A DNA stretch of 44,483 nucleotides from an uncultured Opitutales bacterium. Its GTDB lineage: Bacteria > Verrucomicrobiota > Verrucomicrobiia > Opitutales > Intestinicryptomonadaceae. The notes beneath the pieces are model-generated. The model was not told where the DNA came from, did no database searches, and saw only the letters and a list, made by a program, of their open reading frames with translations. The position numbers and the translations under genes were made by a program. Positions 1 through 7,682 of this stretch are shown here, in pieces. Where the stretch lies: assembly GCA_944389575.1 (NCBI GenBank), contig CALXMX010000211.1:1-44483 (forward strand). The letters run 5' to 3'. Position 1 is the first letter of the stretch. Every line of letters starts with the position of its first letter.

Positions 1-837
1 CCCCTGTGGCGCGGGAAGCCGGTCGAGACGCTCGACTGCTCTACGCTCCAGGACTGCGTAATAGAGGCAAAATTGTTCGGAACCCAGGGGAATGCGTCCA
101 TTCCGGGCGCGCTGGAAGCTGCTGGAGACGGAATCGTCTATCTCGACGCCATGGGGCTGATAGGAAAGCCGCTCCAGTTAAAGCTTCTAAAATTCATGCG
201 CGACGGAACGTTCAAAAGGGTGGGAGGCGACGAGGAACTGCGCGGCTCCGCCCGCATAATAGCGTCGACTTCGGGAGATTTGGAATCGCGCGTGGGCGAC
301 GGAATCGTCAGGCAGGACTTCTACTACTTTTTCGCCGGCTCCACGATTTTCATACCTCCGCTGCGAAAGCGGCGGCGAGACATTCCCGCCTTAGCCAGAC
401 ACTTCATGCGCAAGCACGCCTCCCTCCGGCAAAAGAAGGTGACCGACATCTCCGAGGGCGCAATGAACATGCTCTGCGCATACCACTGGCCGAGCAACGT
501 GCGCGAACTGGAAAACTGCATGGAGCGCGCCGTAATCATCGCGGCCTCCCACACGATCGCCGAGAGCGACCTTCCGCCGTCGCTTCAGACGCCCCAATCG
601 ACAAACACCTCCAAATTCCGCAACGAAGGCTCAATAGACTTCGCAAAAATGGTGGGCGAATTCGAGCGCGACTTGATTGTGGAGGCGCTCGCCGCAAACG
701 GCGGTAACTCCGCCGCGGCCGCGCGTTCGCTTTCGGTTTCGCGTCGGATACTCAATTACAGGATAGACAAGCTCGGCATCTCTCCGAAATCGTACAAGGC
801 GCGCTCCGCAAAATCCGCGCGCAAGGGCGGCGCATAG
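1..837 (+). CDS. Sigma-54-activator-like (bEBP) AAA+ domain with C-terminal Fis-type HTH; degenerate ATPase; 5'-truncated by the window edge
   Basis: Frame is open from base 1 (PLWRGKPVETLDCSTLQDCVIEAKLFG...). It contains QLKLLKF, RVGG, RIIAST, IPPLRKRRRDIP, sensor II WPSNVRELEN and the HTH GNSAAAARSLSVSRRILNYRIDKLG. Confidence 0.88.
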   Translation, partial: PLWRGKPVETLDCSTLQDCVIEAKLFGTQGNASIPGALEAAGDGIVYLDAMGLIGKPLQLKLLKFMRDGTFKRVGGDEELRGSARIIASTSGDLESRVGDGIVRQDFYYFFAGSTIFIPPLRKRRRDIPALARHFMRKHASLRQKKVTDISEGAMNMLCAYHWPSNVRELENCMERAVIIAASHTIAESDLPPSLQTPQSTNTSKFRNEGSIDFAKMVGEFERDLIVEALAANGGNSAAAARSLSVSRRILNYRIDKLGISPKSYKARSAKSARKGGA

Positions 838-941
838 GCGCATTGCGCACAGCGCGGCTTTTAGCAAATAAACACATGTGAAATCCGGGAATATAAAAAT
901 ATTTTCTTTATAACGCCCCTTGATGCGCTACAAATTCGAGT

Positions 942-1415
942 ATGAGCGAAAAGACCAATGTCGCCAGAATATTTGACAACCTGGGATTGAAATACGCATT
1001 CCACACGTACGAAGGCGACGGAAGCTTGACCGCCTCGGAGGTCGCAAAACTGGTGGGCGCGGACAGCGCTCGCGTATTTAAAACGCTTGTGACGGTCGGC
1101 AAGAGCGGAAGGAATTACGTCTTTGCGATTCCCGCCCCGAACGAGCTCGACCTGAAAAAGGCCGCCTAGGCCGCCGGGGAAAAATCCGTCGAGATGCTGA
1201 AGCTAAAAGACCTCCTGCCCACAACGGGATACGTCCACGGAGGGTGCTCTCCGGTGGGAATGAAGAAGCGTTTTCCAACATTTCTTCACGAGAGCGCGCG
1301 AAATTTTGAGTCGATACTGCTAAGCGCGGGAAGAATCGGAGCGCAGGTTGAAATTTCTCCGGACGAGCTCGCAAAAGCCGTAAGCTATTCCTTTGCGGAT
1401 TTAGTGTCGGACTGA
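942..1415 (+). pseudogene. ybaK: YbaK/EbsC Cys-tRNA(Pro) deacylase interrupted by one in-frame TAG (1167-1169)
   Basis: ORFs 942..1169 and 1194..1415 are in the same frame. Reading through gives KTNVARI...VFKTLV...ELDLKKAA*AAGEKSVEM...GYVHGGCSPVGMKK...SAGRIG, a full-length YbaK of 157 codons. Confidence 0.85.
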
Positions 1416-2212
1416 TTCCGGCGCGAATGGAAAAGCCTTGCGGCGTCGGGATTTTCCCGCGCAAGGCGCAAAATTAAATCGGTATATTTTGCTTGGAAAC
1501 GGCAGCCCGGCGCCTCCGCCGATTTTCCTTATTCCCCACAAGCTCGGCGCATTTTTTTAAATACAGGGCAAAAAAAGCGGCGCGCAAATTTTTTCAAAGC
1601 GCGCGCCTTAAGAAATCCTTTCCGCGCTTCCGTCCGCCGCACCCAAAAAAAATTTCCGCTTTGTCCGAATGCGGGGAAAAATCGGGTTTTAGCGGACAAG
1701 AAAAAAGCCATGCGCAATCCGGCGAACTTCAACACGGCACGCGCCTCACTTTCATGCGCGTTCGCGGCATCCCGCCGGTGCGCAAGAGCGCGACTTCAGA
1801 CGCGCAAATCGAAGCGCCGCCGCAACGGCCCATTGTGGAAATGCGGATAAACCGGCGGCGCGGCGGAAACTTCCCCGCGGCCTTTTTATTTCCAGACGAC
1901 TGCGCGCGCCCCTTCCGCCTCTCCCCTCTTCAGTCGAAGAAAGAAGCGGCGGGCGCCTTTGCAATGAGCATCGAACGCGCGCCGCAAAAAGAACGTCGCG
2001 TAAAAAACGCTGTCTTCTCGCGCGCGGCGCGGCTGCGACAAATCGCCATTTCAAAAAAGTCCAGCTTCAAATGCGGCAAAAACTTCCCCTCCCCTCTCAA
2101 CCGCGGAGCTTTTAAATTGACGAAAACATTTTTTAAAATTAGGAATTGTCCGCGTTGAAGGCGCCCTATTTTAAAGTTTGCGCGCCGAATTTCAACGCGG
2201 ACTAAATGCGGA

Positions 2213-4423
2213 TTGGGGAAAGCGATGGGAAAGGGAATATTTTATATTTTTGCGTCGGCATGCACGCTGGTTGCCGGCTTGCAGGCCGGCGCGCAGGTGG
2301 CGGACAAGATAGACCGCAAGGCGCTGGTGAGCCGACACAACATAACGCTCAACCAAGTGCGCCCGGAATCTCCGTCGCAGGTCGGCAACGGGGAGTTCGC
2401 CTACGGGTTCGACATAACCGGAATGCAGACTTTTATAAAATTCAACACAATGGCGCACTGGGCCTGGCACAGCGAGCCGATGCCGGAGGGAATGAAGAGC
2501 GAGGCGGATTTCAAAGGATTAGAAATAAAAGCCGACGGAAGGAAAATCCGGCTTCCCATATCGGAAAATTCGGTGCGCGGAATGTCCAAGTCGTTCAGGC
2601 GAGACAATCCCGAAAACGTCACTTCGGACGAACAAAAGAAGATAGCGGCGTATTTGGCGTCCAACCCCCATGCCGCGCCGCTCGGACGAATAGGGTTAGA
2701 CCTGCGAAAGGCGGACGGCTCCCGCCCGCGGCTGTCGGACTTCAAGCGGTACGACTGTACGCAATACATAAACCTATGGACGGGCGTCGCCGACAGCCAA
2801 TTCAAGCTCGACGGAAAAGATGTGAACGTCAAAACCCTCTGCCGCCAGGATTCGGACGTCCTCGCCTTCCGGATAAGCTCCGACATACTGGGGGACGGAA
2901 GAATCAAAATAGCATTCGAGTTCCCCTACCCCTCGACCTGCGAGAGAAAAACGACGCTCGGCGACTATTCCAAGCCCGGCGCGCATTCATCGAAGGCCGA
3001 AGCCGAAAAGAACCGCGCTACAATATCGCGCCGCGCGGACGACTTAATATACAGCCTTGAAATATCGTGGAACGGCCCGGCCGAATTTTCTCCGGACGAA
3101 TCCAATCCGCACAAATTTTATCTGGCTCCGAAATCGGACTCCATTGAGCTGGTCTGCCGATTTGCTAAAGGCGGCGCAAGAAAAGCGGAGCCGATGCCGA
3201 CATTTGAAGAGTCTCTCGAAGAATGTAAAGCCGCGTGGAAAAAGTATTGGGAAAGCGGCGCGGCGATCGACTTTTCCGGCAGCATAGACCCGCGCGCGAG
3301 GGAGCTCGAGCGGCGCGCGGTGCTCTCGCAATACCTGATGAAGGTCAACGAGGCCGGAAGCCTGCCGCCGCAGGAGAGCGGTCTTGTGAACAACTCGTGG
3401 GCGGGCAGGTTCCACTATGAGATGATATGGTGGCATGTCGTCCACTTCTCGCAGTGGGGCAGGCCGGAGCTCGCCGAAAAACAGCTTTCAATATTTCGCA
3501 AATACCTCCCCGACGCAATCGAGCGCGCAAAAGCCCAGGGAAACTCCGGCGCGCGCTGGCCGAAATGCACGGGCGACACCTTCCGCGAATGGCCGCACAT
3601 AATCCACTACACGCTGATATGGCAGCAGCCGCACCCGATATATTTCGCCCAGCAGCAGTACAGGATAAACCCGTCGAAAGCCACGCTGGGAAAGTGGAAA
3701 GACGTCGTTTTCCAAACCGCGGAATTTCTCGCCGACCTCCCCGTGCACAACGACGCAACCGGATTTTACGACCTCCGCCCGCCGCTCACCGTGGTATCCG
3801 AAAATACGGATCCGCTCACGACGAAAAATCCGACATTTGAACTCAGCTACTTCCGCTACGGACTGCGCACGGCGCTGGAATGGAAGCGCATGCTGGGCGA
3901 GCCCGCGCCGGAAAAGTGGGAGCGCGTGCTCAAAAACCTCGCGCCGCTTCCCGTCGAAAACGGGCTGTACGTCCTGCACGAGGGCGTTGAAGACATGTGG
4001 ACGCGCTACGCGTACGAACACCCCGCGTTCATAGGGGTGTACGGAATGCTTCCGGGCGACGGGGCCGACAGAAAGACCGCCAAAGACACTTTGGCCAAAG
4101 TTTCGCAGACGTGGAGGTTCGACGGCATGTGGGGGTGGGACTTCCCCATGCTCGCCATGGCCGCCGCGCGAACGGGGAACAGGGAGCTCGCCGTATCGTA
4201 CCTATCGCATCTATCGGAAAAATTCCGCTTTGACGAACACGCGTTAGTAAACTGGAACGGCCTAATATACTTTCCCGCAAACGGCGGCTTTTTGAGCGCG
4301 CTGGCAATGCTTGCCGGCGGCTGGGACAACGCGACGGACGAAGACTTCGATCCGGTGTTTCTCGGATTCCCAAAAGACGGAAACTGGAAGGTTCGCGCAG
4401 AGGGATTCAATAGGTACGAGTAA
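2213..4423 (+). CDS. Secreted six-hairpin (alpha/alpha)6 glycosidase-like protein (GH65/GH95-like, family uncertain)
   Basis: 736 aa with an N-terminal signal peptide. Motifs IDRKALVSRHN, VGNGEFA, ELERRAVLSQYL, PPQESGL, GARWPK, LIWQQPHPIY, WGWDFP and YFPANGG resemble Bacteroidota-type six-hairpin glycosidases (recognised from memory). Confidence 0.65.
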   Translation: MGKAMGKGIFYIFASACTLVAGLQAGAQVADKIDRKALVSRHNITLNQVRPESPSQVGNGEFAYGFDITGMQTFIKFNTMAHWAWHSEPMPEGMKSEADFKGLEIKADGRKIRLPISENSVRGMSKSFRRDNPENVTSDEQKKIAAYLASNPHAAPLGRIGLDLRKADGSRPRLSDFKRYDCTQYINLWTGVADSQFKLDGKDVNVKTLCRQDSDVLAFRISSDILGDGRIKIAFEFPYPSTCERKTTLGDYSKPGAHSSKAEAEKNRATISRRADDLIYSLEISWNGPAEFSPDESNPHKFYLAPKSDSIELVCRFAKGGARKAEPMPTFEESLEECKAAWKKYWESGAAIDFSGSIDPRARELERRAVLSQYLMKVNEAGSLPPQESGLVNNSWAGRFHYEMIWWHVVHFSQWGRPELAEKQLSIFRKYLPDAIERAKAQGNSGARWPKCTGDTFREWPHIIHYTLIWQQPHPIYFAQQQYRINPSKATLGKWKDVVFQTAEFLADLPVHNDATGFYDLRPPLTVVSENTDPLTTKNPTFELSYFRYGLRTALEWKRMLGEPAPEKWERVLKNLAPLPVENGLYVLHEGVEDMWTRYAYEHPAFIGVYGMLPGDGADRKTAKDTLAKVSQTWRFDGMWGWDFPMLAMAAARTGNRELAVSYLSHLSEKFRFDEHALVNWNGLIYFPANGGFLSALAMLAGGWDNATDEDFDPVFLGFPKDGNWKVRAEGFNRYE

Positions 4424-4727
4424 TTTTAAACTCCCAAAAAACTCTCATATTATCTCCCCCAAAAAACTCTCCCACTGACGCGGGCAACTTTTTGGGTTTT
4501 GAAAAATTTGGACGCCTTCGGCGGCGCGCCGCAGTCCGTTTGAGTTTTGCACATATAAATTCCCGAATCTCTCCCGCGCGGTCGAATTTCGCAAAAAATG
4601 CCGCGCGGTCGCTTAAAAAAAATTCCCGCGGCAGCGCGCCCGAGTCCAGCCCATGCAAAGCCGCAAGTTTCATTCGGCCGCAATTTTTCCGAAAGCAATT
4701 CCCCTTCCGGCGCGAGACCGCAGTTTC

Positions 4728-4807
4728 GCGGGCAACCTCAAACGGGAACCTCCCGCCGGCGGCTTTTGCGGGCAACCTCAAACGGGAACCTCCCGCCGGC
4801 GGCTTTT
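4728..4807. repeat. Perfect 40-bp tandem duplication
   Basis: gcgggcaacctcaaacgggaacctcccgccggcggctttt at 4728-4767 and 4768-4807. Confidence 0.95.
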
Positions 4808-5041
4808 TTCGGAATCGTCCCCCGCGATACAGCCGCGCGACACCCCCGCCCGCGTGCGATCCGCCGTCGACATTCGACGCGGAAACTGCGGCGTTCAGGC
4901 GCGGTCGCCTTCCGAATAGCCGCTCAAATTAAAGCCACTAAGGGCGGGGAAAATCTCTCGCGCAATTCTTCACATTTTGCGCTCATGCCGCCCGCTGCGG
5001 GGCTTCCGCGCCCGCGCGTTTTCGCGCGCGCCAAGTAATGT

Positions 5042-5069
5042 TTGACACCCCGTTTCATATCCATATCAA
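5042..5069 (+). promoter_or_regulatory. Candidate sigma-70 promoter with near-leaderless geometry
   Basis: TTGACA (5042-5047), 16-bp spacer, TATCAA (5064-5069), then ATG 8 nt further at 5078; no SD sequence. Confidence 0.4.
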
Positions 5070-5077
5070 CATTTAAT

Positions 5078-6715
5078 ATGCGCAATGTAATCGACATGGG
5101 ATTCGACACTTTCGAGAGGAATGACGCCCTGCGCCGCTCGCTGGCGTGGTCGCTTGCCGACGGGCTAAAAAATGTCGGGGACTCTCCGCTGTTGTGCGAT
5201 TACGGACTCGGAAACAAAACCTATTCTGGCTTTGAAATTTTGTCGCAATCCCTTGCGCTGTCCGAATGCCTGCGCGGCTGCGGCGCGGCAAACGGCAGGC
5301 TGGGGATAGCCATTCCCCCGTCGTTTCCGGGGGCGGTTGCAAATTACGCGGCCATATTCGCCGGCTTAAAACCGGTAAACCTCAATTTCACGCTGGGCGA
5401 AAAGGCGGCGGCGAGCTGCTTTAGAACCGGGGGCATACAAACCGTCCTCACCGCGCGAATTTTTCGCGAAAAAATAACGAAGGCCAATCCGCATTTCCCG
5501 TGGCCGGACGACACTAAAGACTTTTTTGAAATCATGTCGGAAATTCCGGCCGGGCGAATCGGTCAGATAGATTCCCTCGCCCGCGCGGACTTCGCCGCGC
5601 TCGCGGAAAGCTTCGGCATTGAGAAATACGCGGACAACGCCGCAGAGGCCACCCTCGTATTCACAAGCGGAAGCGAGGGCAACCCCAAAGCCGCCGTTCT
5701 GACCGAGCGAAACCTAATAGCAAACTGCCTGCAAACCAAGCTCTGCGGCCTGTTTGAGGAGGGCGACGTATTCATGGCCAACCTTCCGATTTTTCACAGT
5801 TTCGGCCAGCTGTTTGAGGTCTGGTACATGGCGCTCCACGGGCAGTACACGGTCACTTTATCCAATCCGCTCGACATAAAAAACAACATCAGGGCGATAC
5901 GCGAAAACCGGGTGAGCATAATGATAGGCAGCCCGACCTTCCTGCGCCCGTACTTGAAATACGCCTCGCCGGAGGACATGGAAAGCATGCGCAAGGCCGT
6001 GTCGGGGGCGGAAAAGACTCCGAACGGATTTGCGGAGCTTTGGGACTCGCGCTTCGGGGAGTCTTACCACGAGGGATACGGCCTGACGGAGGCCTCCCCC
6101 GTAGTAGGCGTAAATCTGCCGGAGCGCGATTTCGGCTGGTATTCCACGGGGACGCGCAAGGGCTCGATAGGAAAAATATTCCCCGGAATGCAGGCTAAAA
6201 TTCTCGACGCCGACACTCTGGAGGAACTTCCGCTCGGCGAACAGGGGCTGTTGTCGCTGCGCGGGGCGAACGTATTTGCGGGGTATCTGGACAATCCGGA
6301 AGCCACGTCGAAGGCGCTCGCGGGAGAGTGGCTCGTCACCGGAGACCTCGCGCGCCTCGACAAAGACGGGTTTCTCTATGTCGACGGGCGCATTTCGCGC
6401 TTCTCAAAAATCGGCGGGGAAATGGTGCCGCATGCGACGGTGGAGTCCGCCCTGGTAAGGCAGCTGGGATTCGGAGATTCGGAAATTCCGATGCTCGCCG
6501 TATCCTCCCGCCTCGACGAATCGAAGGGCGAGGCTCTCGTGCTGCTCTCCGCCGCCGACATCTCGCTTCCCGAAGTCAAGAAGGCCGCGCGCGAAGCCGG
6601 GTTGAGCAATCTTTGGCACCCAAAACACATTGTGCGCGTAGATAAAATTCCCGTTCTTCCGACGGGAAAATTAGACTTGAGAGAAATCGCCGCAATAGCC
6701 GCCAAGCCGCTCTGA
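5078..6715 (+). CDS. AMP-binding enzyme; stand-alone Aas-type acyl-ACP synthetase domain
   Basis: Motifs LNFTLG, LVFTSGSEGNPK, LPIFHSFG, GSPTFLRPY, SGAEK, EGYGLTEASPV, TGDLA, GRISRFSKIGGEMVP and PTGKLD. Start could instead be ATG 5096. Confidence 0.85.
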   Translation: MRNVIDMGFDTFERNDALRRSLAWSLADGLKNVGDSPLLCDYGLGNKTYSGFEILSQSLALSECLRGCGAANGRLGIAIPPSFPGAVANYAAIFAGLKPVNLNFTLGEKAAASCFRTGGIQTVLTARIFREKITKANPHFPWPDDTKDFFEIMSEIPAGRIGQIDSLARADFAALAESFGIEKYADNAAEATLVFTSGSEGNPKAAVLTERNLIANCLQTKLCGLFEEGDVFMANLPIFHSFGQLFEVWYMALHGQYTVTLSNPLDIKNNIRAIRENRVSIMIGSPTFLRPYLKYASPEDMESMRKAVSGAEKTPNGFAELWDSRFGESYHEGYGLTEASPVVGVNLPERDFGWYSTGTRKGSIGKIFPGMQAKILDADTLEELPLGEQGLLSLRGANVFAGYLDNPEATSKALAGEWLVTGDLARLDKDGFLYVDGRISRFSKIGGEMVPHATVESALVRQLGFGDSEIPMLAVSSRLDESKGEALVLLSAADISLPEVKKAAREAGLSNLWHPKHIVRVDKIPVLPTGKLDLREIAAIAAKPL

Positions 6716-6719
6716 TGCG

Positions 6720-6920
6720 CTTCGGAGCTTTGGAACTCCGAAACTTTGCCCATTCCGCTATTCCGACATTTCTACGCTCCGAAATTCCGAAATTCCGATA
6801 CTCCGGCGTTACGGCACTTTGACGTTCCGGCGCTTCAAGGTTTCGGCATTCCGGCATTTCGACATTCCCGCTCCCCGGCGTTTCCGCACTCCGCCGTTCC
6901 GGCGTCTCTACGCCTCCCGC
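6720..6920. repeat. Degenerate 8-bp periodic tandem array (~25 units, consensus ~RTTCCGRC)
   Basis: cttcggag ctttggaa ctccgaaa ctttgccc attccgct attccgac atttctac gctccgaa attccgaa attccgat actccggc gttacggc actttgac gttccggc ... A weaker second patch lies at ~7115-7220. Confidence 0.8.
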
Positions 6921-7254
6921 ACCCGGCGGCCGCCATTTTGAAACGCCTCTGCCCAAACGCTCCCAATATCCCGAAAGCGTTGGGCCGATTCCTTCCGGAG
7001 CTTCCAAGCTTTGAGCCTTATTCTGCCCGCGCCGCCCGCAGCCGCTCCTTAGCCGCGGCCGTCCGGCGTTGCGAACCTCAATATCTCCCCCGCGGCGCCG
7101 ACGCCGTTTCCTACGCTTCGGATTTTTCCAGTTCCGCGTTTCGGCAGTTCGCCATTTCTACAATTCAGAATTTTGGCGATTCAAAATTCCGCATCCGGTT
7201 CCCGGGAGTTTCGACATTCTTTGCGCGCGGCGGCACAAAACGCCGCTTCGCCCT

Positions 7255-7635
7255 CTATTTGACGGTTATTATGAAGCGGCGCGTATCCACGCCTTTTTTT
7301 TCCCACGGGCGCTTGTAGGTGAGCTCCAGCTGCGCCTTTCCCCTCTGAACGGCGACAAACTCAATGCGCTCCTCCCCGCCCGCGCCCACCGCCGCCGAGC
7401 CGTCGGCGGAATCGGGAACGTATATCTGACGCACGAACGACGTTGTCGGGCTACCGTCGCTCACGAGCGTCCAGCCGTATCCGGTGGTTTTGTTGGATTT
7501 TAGGCGTATCTCAAAAGCCTCGCCCTTTTCGACTACAGCCGATGTGGCGTCGGGCCCCAAGACCGCCCTTCCCCCGGCGCAGCCGGCGCACAGCAGCATA
7601 GCGGCCGCCGCCGCAATTCTAAAAAAATTTTCCAT
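7255..7635 (-). CDS. Chagasin-family (I42) cysteine protease inhibitor, predicted lipoprotein
   Basis: 126 aa from ATG 7635 with a GGAGG SD upstream. Lipobox-like LLCAG/C, and the three chagasin loops SNKTTGYGW (cf. NPTTGYxW), VGAGG and YKRPWE. Confidence 0.85.
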   Translation of the reverse strand: MENFFRIAAAAAMLLCAGCAGGRAVLGPDATSAVVEKGEAFEIRLKSNKTTGYGWTLVSDGSPTTSFVRQIYVPDSADGSAAVGAGGEERIEFVAVQRGKAQLELTYKRPWEKKGVDTRRFIITVK

Positions 7636-7682
7636 ATCTGCGATTCCTCCCGTTAGACAAATTCCCCAAAAATTTCCCGAAC

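Noticed and set aside
1493-2158. 221-aa ORF and similar ORFs in spacers (4492-5038, 6746-7318, 28074-28637, 33416-33826)
   Set aside because: R/A/K/F-rich translations of A-tract/GC-run DNA with no recognisable motifs; probably non-coding, although small proteins cannot be excluded.
4728-4807. CRISPR array
   Set aside because: The two 40-bp copies are adjacent with no spacer, and no cas genes are present. The 8-bp array also lacks repeat-spacer structure.
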